Positions 8,541-16,400 of a DNA stretch of 22,017 nucleotides are shown here, in pieces. A program made the translations under genes and the position numbers. Below the pieces are notes generated by a model. The model was not told where the DNA came from. It saw nothing but the letters and a program-made list of their open reading frames with translations, and searched no databases. The DNA comes from an uncultured virus (IMG/VR IMGVR_UViG_3300042367_000583) (Duplodnaviria > Heunggongvirae > Uroviricota > Caudoviricetes): the IMG/VR virus record IMGVR_UViG_3300042367_000583, positions 62,001-84,017 of that record; one strand, given 5' to 3'. Position 1 is the stretch's first letter. Every line of letters starts with the position of its first letter.

Positions 8541-9011
8541 TTTTCCTGCCTTAGTAAGGCTTAAGCTTAATTGCTTCGCCCACTGCTTAAATGCTTCCCA
8601 GTCGGTTTCATCGTTTCAATCCCTAATAAGGCTTAAGCTTAATTGTTTCATAAATGAGATTAGCAAGGAAAAATGGTGCTTAAGGTTTCAATCCTTAATA
8701 AGGCTTAAGCTTAATTGCTTCGATAACTAATGCCTATATCAAAGATGAAGATCAGCGTGTTTCAACCCCTAATAAAGCTTAAGGTTAATTGCTTCAAGAT
8801 CAGAAAACCCCTCACAGTTATCAGTACGCGTTTCAATCCCTAATAAGGCTTAAGGTTAATTGCTTCGATTTCGATAAAGAATCAGCGCAGGAGGAATTAC
8901 TTGTTTCAATCCCTAATAAGGCTTAAGGTTAATTGCTTCAATTTGGATCGCTGTACCCAAAAATCGAATTCGAAGTTTCAATCCCTAATAAGGCTTAAGG
9001 TTAATTGCTTC
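8541..9011 (-). CRISPR. CRISPR array: 7 repeats of 37 nt, 6 spacers of 34-37 nt
   Basis: Consensus (minus) GAAGCAATTAACCTTAAGCCTTATTAGGGATTGAAAC; repeats start at 8541 (degenerate), 8613, 8685, 8759, 8830, 8903, 8975; mutations accumulate toward the 8541 trailer. Confidence 0.98.
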
Positions 9012-9280
9012 CCATCTTCCTTTAGCCCTTGATGTAAAAGGGTTTCGGGTAAGGATTGCGCCCCATTCGCTAAAATTTAGTTTTCAAGGTTCTGCTTGGT
9101 TCAAAAAATCAGGCTAGTAAATCCCAGATCGTAAGCTGGTCGGGGTTTCTGGGGATTGCGCCCCGTGATTTTTTGGAACTTCGCTTAGATGCCTTATTAG
9201 GTAAGGCTTTCGGGTTATTTATGCCGTGGCTATCCTCGCACGGCTGAGGTGGGGCGGAAGAAAAAATAAGGGATTGCGAG
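9012..9280 (-). promoter_or_regulatory. CRISPR leader, overlapping the last ~57 codons of the Cas gene
   Basis: GGATTGCGCCCC at 9053 and 9153 (100 bp apart), GGATTGCG at 9271; repeated CCCGAAA-[C/G]CCTT-N7-AAGG motifs (minus); CTCGCA/TGCGAG inverted pair at 9235/9275. Confidence 0.6.
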
Positions 9281-10992
9281 TCATTCTCGGACTGAGTGAG
9301 GGTGCGATTCCCTTCCTGCTTCATCTGCTTACTAATCGAGTGTTCGGCATTCTCTATCGGCGCGTCCCCAATAGACTCTTGATTTGCATCAAGATCAGGC
9401 GTGAATTCCCTCGCTAAACCGAGGTATTTTCCAATCATAGAGACAGGAAACTTGATTAAAGAGGCGATCGCTCTTAAAAACTCATCTCGTAAGCCACGAA
9501 TCAGAATATTTGCGGCGGCATTCTGATCGGCGTGAGCTTCGTAACCACAGCTAACACATTTAAACTTCGATTGACTAACGCGGTTAGCTTTATCAATATT
9601 ACCACAATTGAAGCAAGTTTGTGAAGTATGTTTAGGATTAACTCGGATCACTTTTCTGCCACGTTCGTTAGCTTTATTTTCAATAAATGTGCGAAGTTGT
9701 CCAATAGCATTATCAAGTAATGCCTTATTTAATCCAGACTTTCTTTTTTTGCCATTTTGTTTATAACCATCGCCGTCTTCTCTTTCTTTAGGTTTTGCGG
9801 CGGCTGTCATGTTTTTTAGTTTTAAATCTTCTAAAATAACTGATTGATATTCGCTAGTTATTTTATGGGCTAATTGAGCATTTCTCCCTTTTCGCTGACG
9901 AGCAATTTTCTCGTGAACACGAGCGAGTTTAGCGTAGGTTTTACGCTGATTATTAGAGTTATCTTTTTGTCTAGAAGCTTGACGCTGTAATCGGTTAAGT
10001 CGCTTTTTCTGAATTTTTGCGTAGCGTTTAGCTTCCGATTGTCTCCCTAAGTCATCGGTAAATATTGCCACAGCACCCATATCTAAACCAACACATTTAT
10101 CGGATTCTTTATAGATCGTGTCGTCAGTTTCGATGGTTAGCTGTAAGTAATATCCCGTCGCTTTACGAGTAATTTTAGCCATTCGGGGAGCTTTCCCTTG
10201 CAATCGATCAATCCCCCGTACTTTTAGTAATCCTATCTTTGAGGAAACGATAACTCCATTAGATTCAATCTTTATAGTTTCAGGTTGACCGTTAACAAGA
10301 GTCTCTACCTTATCCCGTCTTCCTTTAAACTTAGGAATCCCACGGATACCTTTTTTAGCGGCATCATAAGCAGGTTTAATCACACTTCTAAAAAAGCCTT
10401 TTTTAAACTCTGTTTCAATTTCACCGATAAATTTTGCTGTATCTCCTCGAAAGTAAAAAGCAAGTTTCTCCCTGTTGAGATAATTAACAGCATCCTCGCC
10501 AATATTTTCGGCATTCATGAAACGACGGATAGGAATAGCATCTAAGGGAGTATATTCTTTTCCGTTGCTTGTCTTTTTAAAATAGGCGATTTTACAGCAA
10601 GGATTGCTGATTAAAAGTTCTTTCTCTTTATCTTTAAGGGTTTTAAACTCTTTTTCGTCGTAATCCCCAGAATAACTTAACTTCCATATTTCAGGGCTAA
10701 ACTCATCGAATTTATGTTTTTTGCGATAATATCTTTGTGTTGACTCCTCTTTGAGTGCGATTGAAAGATTCCATAGCAACTTACACGCCGCTAAAGAACG
10801 ATCAATCTCTGTGATTTGTTCTTTAGTAGGATGTATCTTAAATTCCAAGACTTCCATAGGAGATTTTTCTTCTTTTTTCTTAGGAGTCTTTTTGACAATA
10901 CTAAACCTTAGATGATTATCTTTAGAACTAGGTGTTTCTTGAATTTGGTACTCATCTACTTTAAGTTTGACTTTACTTTTTTTGGCTTTCAT
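9109..10992 (-). CDS. TnpB-derived type V effector (C2c8 / V-U2-like) RNA-guided nuclease
   Basis: IS605-OrfB HTH (FKIHPTKEQ...CKLLWN), RuvC-I VGLDMG, RuvC-II ILEDL, Zn ribbon CFNC/CVSC, RuvC-III ADQNAAANI; 627 aa; abuts the array; no tnpA. Confidence 0.85.
   Translation of the reverse strand: MKAKKSKVKLKVDEYQIQETPSSKDNHLRFSIVKKTPKKKEEKSPMEVLEFKIHPTKEQITEIDRSLAACKLLWNLSIALKEESTQRYYRKKHKFDEFSPEIWKLSYSGDYDEKEFKTLKDKEKELLISNPCCKIAYFKKTSNGKEYTPLDAIPIRRFMNAENIGEDAVNYLNREKLAFYFRGDTAKFIGEIETEFKKGFFRSVIKPAYDAAKKGIRGIPKFKGRRDKVETLVNGQPETIKIESNGVIVSSKIGLLKVRGIDRLQGKAPRMAKITRKATGYYLQLTIETDDTIYKESDKCVGLDMGAVAIFTDDLGRQSEAKRYAKIQKKRLNRLQRQASRQKDNSNNQRKTYAKLARVHEKIARQRKGRNAQLAHKITSEYQSVILEDLKLKNMTAAAKPKEREDGDGYKQNGKKRKSGLNKALLDNAIGQLRTFIENKANERGRKVIRVNPKHTSQTCFNCGNIDKANRVSQSKFKCVSCGYEAHADQNAAANILIRGLRDEFLRAIASLIKFPVSMIGKYLGLAREFTPDLDANQESIGDAPIENAEHSISKQMKQEGNRTLTQSENDSQSLIFSSAPPQPCEDSHGINNPKALPNKASKRSSKKSRGAIPRNPDQLTIWDLLA
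9260..9430 (-). ncRNA. Candidate omegaRNA-derived tracrRNA scaffold inside the Cas gene 3' end
   Basis: IS605-like motifs TACCTCGG..GGGAATTCACGCCTG (9426-9396) and GATGAAGCAGGAA (9325-9313), then anti-repeat-like CAATCCCTTAT followed by a T-run. Confidence 0.4.
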
Positions 10993-11019
10993 GGATCGAC
11001 CTTCCTTTATTCTTATCTA

Positions 11020-11049
11020 AATCTACCATAAGCTTTATAGAAATGTCAA
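11020..11049 (-). promoter_or_regulatory. Promoter of the Cas gene
   Basis: TTGACA-N18-TAGATT with TG extension; near-copy at 11472-11501. Confidence 0.65.
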
Positions 11050-11058
11050 GTAAGAAGT

Positions 11059-11427
11059 CTAAAGATTTTTTGGGATACCAGTTCCCACATCAGAACCTAT
11101 AGCCCAACCCTTATAAAAGTTAAAGGCGGTAGTATCAATATAGAGGGGAAAACCTAAAGCTTCCCAGCAGTATAATAGTCTTAGTACATCAACAGTCTGA
11201 ACCGTATAATTTGATCCTGATTCAGTGATGATAAATTTTTCAAAAATCTCTGGGGCAACTAGAACAGAACAATAGTTAGTGTCGTTAAATTTACCAGACT
11301 TTTTGGCTAATTCAGAAGTAATTGCGATCAAAATCTCTTTTGTAAGTAATCTTTCTTGCAATATATTGCAACTATCTAAGTTAGTCCAAGCGGTAAATTT
11401 AACATAATTAGATCGGGAATTAAACAT
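11059..11427 (-). CDS. Hypothetical protein
   Basis: 122-aa ORF between the two promoter copies. Confidence 0.7.
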   Translation of the reverse strand: MFNSRSNYVKFTAWTNLDSCNILQERLLTKEILIAITSELAKKSGKFNDTNYCSVLVAPEIFEKFIITESGSNYTVQTVDVLRLLYCWEALGFPLYIDTTAFNFYKGWAIGSDVGTGIPKNL

Positions 11428-11471
11428 AACTTATAGTAGAAAAAGGTGCTAAACTATATTTGACTTACTTA

Positions 11472-11501
11472 AATCTACCATAAGCCTACTAGAAATGTCA
11501 G
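11472..11501 (-). promoter_or_regulatory. Duplicate promoter copy, overlapping the RHH start codon
   Basis: CTGACA-N18-TAGATT; shares taaatctaccataagc....tagaaatgtca with 11018-11048. Confidence 0.6.
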
Positions 11502-11635
11502 ATAAAAATTATTATCCTCTTAACGTCCGTACATCAGAATCAGAAGAGAAAAAGCTAAAAAACTACTGTAAAGCCCGGAAGCGGTCAATAACCGATGTAG
11601 TCCGGGAATTGATTAGAAGTTTACCCGATGACTGA
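11495..11635 (+). CDS. Ribbon-helix-helix (CopG/Arc-like) DNA-binding protein, 46 aa
   Basis: Not in ORF track. MSDKNYYPLNVRTSESEEKKLKNYCKARKRSITDVVRELIRSLPDD fits the RHH pattern. Confidence 0.8.
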   Translation: MSDKNYYPLNVRTSESEEKKLKNYCKARKRSITDVVRELIRSLPDD

Positions 11636-11664
11636 TACTCAAGGATGTTATTGGGATAGCTAAC

Positions 11665-11700
11665 ATTAAAAGTGCCAGTTCACAGACTGGCACTTTTAAT
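11665..11700. terminator. Bidirectional intrinsic terminator
   Basis: Perfect 15-bp inverted repeat ATTAAAAGTGCCAGT-tcacag-ACTGGCACTTTTAAT between convergent genes. Confidence 0.8.
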
Positions 11701-11701
11701 T

Positions 11702-12448
11702 TTATTCTCCGATTAATAGCTGACGGTTTCTAGCCTTAGAAAAAAGCTGCTTAACTTCCTTGAGGTTTTCGGTGGGGACATAGGATGCTTGATTAACTCG
11801 CAACCCCTGACACACTAAATGAGAGTGTCCATTCTTCTCCAACCAACGCTCTAACTCTCTTCCAGACTTGAATCCTAGTTCTTTCCCTAGATCGGCAGTG
11901 GAACGACCCTCAAAACTCACGTTTCGTCCGTTTCTACAGATAATTGTCTCAGTGACTTTTTCAACCTTCTCGATCACAATATCTGGACGGCCATCTAACA
12001 AGGCTAAAACCTCAGCACCATGTATTAATCGAATTGCGTCACGCCGATCCATATAATAGGTTTTGGCTTTTGTCAGTTCTAACTCAAGTTCTAATTCTCG
12101 AATACGTCCACTTTGAGCGGGGATTACTTCTTTGATAAGTTGCTTTGCTTGACTAAATGCCTTGACTAAGTTGCGCTTACAAGCAATGACCTGCGAAGTA
12201 TTTCGAGACAGTGTCATCAAAAAAGTTGCTTGCTCTTCATTCAGGTAGCAGTAACGCTCAGGACGACCGCCGCTAGAGCCTTCTAGGGGTTTCGACATTT
12301 GAAATGCGACAACTCCAAACTCTTGAATCTCGTCAATGTATTTTTCTATGGTTTGACGCAAGGCGCGGTGTTCAATCCCCAACTCATCAGCAATCAAACG
12401 AGAATCAACGACAAGACAATCATTCTGTGATACTATTTCAATAGCCAT
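11702..12448 (-). CDS. Rha-family phage regulatory protein / antirepressor
   Basis: VVDSRLIA.ELGIEH...GGRP..YCYLNEEQATFLMTLSRN...K.NLVKAF; AGGAGG RBS. Confidence 0.85.
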   Translation of the reverse strand: MAIEIVSQNDCLVVDSRLIADELGIEHRALRQTIEKYIDEIQEFGVVAFQMSKPLEGSSGGRPERYCYLNEEQATFLMTLSRNTSQVIACKRNLVKAFSQAKQLIKEVIPAQSGRIRELELELELTKAKTYYMDRRDAIRLIHGAEVLALLDGRPDIVIEKVEKVTETIICRNGRNVSFEGRSTADLGKELGFKSGRELERWLEKNGHSHLVCQGLRVNQASYVPTENLKEVKQLFSKARNRQLLIGE

Positions 12449-12567
12449 ATTGGCCTCCTATTCAGTTAATGTGGTTAGTCCCCCGTTAGTACCGGGGGCA
12501 ATTACTACAATTGTACCATTTTAAATAGTTGCTTGACGATTCTAGTCAGTAGGAAGAAATAGTCAGG

Positions 12568-12600
12568 GAAAGGGGATTATCTTAATCCCCTTTCTTTTTT
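12568..12600 (+). terminator. Intrinsic terminator-like hairpin
   Basis: GAAAGGGGATTA-tct-TAATCCCCTTTC followed by a T-run. Confidence 0.6.
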
Positions 12601-12631
12601 AGTGTCCTATGCTGGCAGTCATTGTTAGATT

Positions 12632-12892
12632 GTTGATAGATTGTAGATAAAGGTATTAACAATAGAACCCTTGATGTATATAGCTTCTAGACTTTGTTGA
12701 TACTGTTGACACTATTCCCCGATATTATTTTTTTATGTTCTTACTGCTGAGGCTGTCTTTCCCTTTTACCCTATTTTCTTTTTTTCCTCTATACAGTATC
12801 AACGGCATCAACAAAGTCTAGAACCTTTACAGGGTAACGGTTTTGGTTGTAGATAGGGTTATTTACAATCTATCTACAATCCAACTTCCCAC
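12632..12892. repeat. ~260-bp element, copy 2
   Basis: Colinear with 2242-2502; similarity stops sharply after AACTTCCCAC in both copies. Confidence 0.85.
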
Positions 12893-12903
12893 GGTATTGC
12901 CTC

Positions 12904-13017
12904 TTAATTACACTGACAAGTTCTTTCCTCAAGTATCTCTTGAGTCTGGTTATCGAGGGATAGTGCCTCGGTAGGCATCATTTCTAAAAACAATAAGCTT
13001 AAAATAATCTTTCTCAT
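12904..13017 (-). pseudogene. Short ORF with signal-peptide-like start, possibly truncated next to the repeat element
   Basis: MRKIILSLLFLEMMPTEALSLDNQTQEILEERTCQCN*; starts 18 nt after the NlpC stop. Confidence 0.4.
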
Positions 13018-13035
13018 TGGGTTTATGGTAATTTT

Positions 13036-13470
13036 CTATGATTTTACCACTCCCGAAACAGGTACTCGATAAACCAGTACAGGCGGGTATTCATGAATAT
13101 AGGTCTTAATCACGCCATTTATTGAGTCAGCATGAATATACTCCCCATCTCCTAAATAGATGCCTACATGACCATTTATACCTGATTTACGGAAGACTAA
13201 AATATCTCCTTTATCTGGACTACCTTCTACTCTTGTCAAGATACCCTCAATAAATCTCACTAAGAAATTGTTCCGGGGAATCCGTTCGTAGTTTTCAATG
13301 ATGAAATCGTAAGGTAAAAACCCGACTTTAATCCCCACGCCAGCAATAAATCCTACACAATCGGTTCCAATCCCTTTAAGCGATTGTCCATGAAACCAAG
13401 GAGTACCGAGCCATTCAAGAGCTTCAGCAACGATTTGATTATCCAAAGAATCGTTTTTTAGTTCGTTCAT
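13036..13470 (-). CDS. NlpC/P60 tail-associated peptidase (gpK-like)
   Basis: WLGTPW.H.....G.GTDCVGF, GDILVF, GHVGIY.G.GEYIHA. Confidence 0.92.
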   Translation of the reverse strand: MNELKNDSLDNQIVAEALEWLGTPWFHGQSLKGIGTDCVGFIAGVGIKVGFLPYDFIIENYERIPRNNFLVRFIEGILTRVEGSPDKGDILVFRKSGINGHVGIYLGDGEYIHADSINGVIKTYIHEYPPVLVYRVPVSGVVKS

Positions 13471-16400
13471 TTTGTGTATTTTCCCGTTCTTTCAATTGAT
13501 TTAAACTATACCCCATGTCATTCCGTGATTCTACAGTCACGTTATTGGTGTTATTAATTACCAAAGACTGATTAGAGCTATTAGTATTTGAAGTTGTGGA
13601 GTAATTAGGTTTACCCCCGACAAATCCCCCATTAGCATAGTTCTTAATAGGAGCATTATTTCTGTACTCTAGATATGCTTCTGTTTCTTTAGGGGTAAGA
13701 ACCAATTCGCCTTCATTAGCTACGATCAAGCGAGGTTTTCGGCCTCCCGACATTGCTCGTTCACGCTGAAAAGCTGAAATGATATTTTTCTCTATCGGAG
13801 CATTGGCATCTCCAACTTTCCCGCCATCACTAAATAAGCTGAATCCTGTACCTAGAGAAAAGGCAGAAGCCGGAGCAGAAGCAAAGCTAGAGGCTCCTAT
13901 ACTACCAAGTGACCCAATCGAACCAAGTCCGCCTAGTCCCCCACTAAAAATCCCTGTTATTCCACTAAGTAGCCCGTTAAATAAGCCACCGCCGCCACCG
14001 CCACCAAAAATAGAAGAAAAGATGTTACCTACTGGTTTGAAGATACTGTTTAGAGCATTAGTGAAAAAGTTGCCTACTGGCCCGATGATTGCATTAAATA
14101 CTGACTCAAATGCCTGAGTTATTGGTTTAGTAAAACCATCGATAGCAGAAGTTAAAGCATCGATAGCAGGCTTAGTAATACCCTCGACAAATTTTGTCAT
14201 GATATTTAATCCAAGACTACTAAAAGCCGATCCTATTCCTTTTCCTTCTCTAATGTCAGAGAAAAAGCTTTCAGCTGCGCCACGATTCGGAGAGGCATCT
14301 AATGCTACTCGCTCTAATCTTAATTCTGCAAGTTTTTCCCATTCCGAGCGGATATTAGCCACATATTCAGCGTATTGTGGTAAGTCTTTGTAAGGTTCTA
14401 AATAATCCTCTAATTCCTCTTTTTCTTTTTGTAGGCTAATACGTTCGGCAAGGATAGCAGAATCATCAAATAAAGTCGGTCGAGACTGAAATTCTAGTTG
14501 CGTTCTTTGGATAGTTAAATCATTTAACCGATCACGGATACTCCTGACTGTATCTCTGGTTTTTCTAAATGATGCTTCTAAGGTAGCTACTCCCTGATTT
14601 TTGCCTAATTGTTCAATCGCTTGATCAAGAATTGCTACCTGTTCTTTAGCTAATTCAGCGTTTTTAGCTAAAACCTCGATACTATCTGTTATCTCTTTGA
14701 CAAATTCAGGGGGAAGAGCTATACCTTTTTCTTGAAATTCTCCTAAGATTTCTTTTATTGCGTCGCTGTATTTTTGTTGAGCGTCAGCATTTAAAAGTAA
14801 AGTCCGTCGCTGGTCTTCTAGTGATTCAATCTGAGAGCGATATTGTCGAGAGACTTCCGTGGCACTCTTGTTAATTTCTTCTTGTACTGTCAGATACCCT
14901 TTAGAGTTGATGGTCAAATCAGCGACATTTTCGGAAGCATCTCTTAAAGTACGTTCTAATGCACGGGCATCTTCCTCTTGCTGCCGTCTAAATTTTATTG
15001 ATCTGTCAAGAGCATTGTTTAGATTTTGTTGCTCTTCTAGCCGTCTTGAAAACTCCTCAGCGTTTTGGTTGGCTGTTTCAGCGTTGCGAATTTGATCAGC
15101 CGCTGCGCCAAGATTACCCGTAGGAAGATTGGGAACGGGAGGCAAATCAGGACCCTGGAAGTTAATCGGATTGTCTTTAAGAACCGGTGGTAAATCGGCA
15201 TCCCAGAAATTATCTTGATTTTGATTAGGTAGAGTCGGTAATTGGGCTATAGGTGGAGGACTACTAAATTCTGGACCGCCTTTTCCTTCTTTTGTTTCTT
15301 CTTTTGTTAAAACACGGGCAGGAGAAGGGTTAGAGGTGGAGTCTTTAATGGATTGGCTAATTGCATTAGTAGCATTAGTTATTATTTTTCGATTATTTAG
15401 TTGATTGCCGTTAATATTTGCATAAGCAGTTACAATATATTCTTTCCCATTAATGTTTACCAGTCCAACGTTACCAATAACTTTAGAGTTATTTCCAATT
15501 TTTCCGCCGATTTCATTATTATACTTAAAATTTCTTGTTTGTCTCAGAGATTGTTCAGCTAATTGACTTGCAGGATTTTGATTTTTAATTAAAGACTGCA
15601 TAGCTAACGTTACGTCTTGTGCTGTTGAAATGTTTGGAGTTCCACTGCCTGGTATATTTAAATACCTAGAAATAGTAGTGTTTTTATAACCTTCTTTTCT
15701 GGCTAATTCTGTAGCTTTGGTTAGCCCACCTAGCCGATCAATTAAAACATTAGTTGCCGTATTATCTGACTTTTCTAGCATTAGCTGTACTAGCTGTTCA
15801 ACTGTTTTAACTTGATTGGCTTTTAATTGTCCGTGTGGATCAACCAAAGGCAATTTTATGGCGATAGCGTCTTTTAAGGAAAGTTTTCCGCTTGTTATTT
15901 CTTTGGCAATCAAATCAGCAATAATAACTTTAATTGTACTAGCTGGTGACGCTGGGGGTGTTTGAGCGTTTTTAGAATATACAGTTTTTCCGCCAACTTC
16001 TTGAACTAAAACAGATTGAATATTTTTTGGTAATCTGTTGGTGATTTGTTGCTGAACTGATGGAGAAGGGTTAGGGGTGGAAGTTGATGGAGTGGGTAAA
16101 CCGCCTTGATTTCTTCTGATTTGTCGAATACGGTTTGATGCTCCGCTGTTAGCAGGATTGCCGTCATATCGCAGTGCGTCCAATTCGGATTGAGTACGGG
16201 GAGCATTGAGTTGATATTTTCGTAAAAACTGCTCGTAAACCTTTAACAGGTCTTCCATCCGCTTCATGCCTTGCCCGGGGTAATTAGCCCCTGGAAAAGA
16301 TGCCCATTCTTTGCGGGTTGCGTTAATTACCCCACGAATATCTCCTTTAAAAAGCTCGTCTAATCCACCTCTAAATAAAATACGGCTTAATGCGACTAAA

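Noticed and set aside
8533..8730. 65-aa plus-strand ORF
   Set aside because: It is a translation of the CRISPR repeats and spacers
9464..9471. HIP1 site GCGATCGC
   Set aside because: Only one seen by eye; fits a cyanobacterial host but is not informative alone
9109..10992. Ordinary IS200/IS605 insertion
   Set aside because: No tnpA or recognisable right-end hairpin; protein is enlarged and joined to a leader and array
15350..16030. Antibiotic-resistance beta-lactamase gene
   Set aside because: Internal domain of a virion protein with an altered KTG motif; no support for resistance
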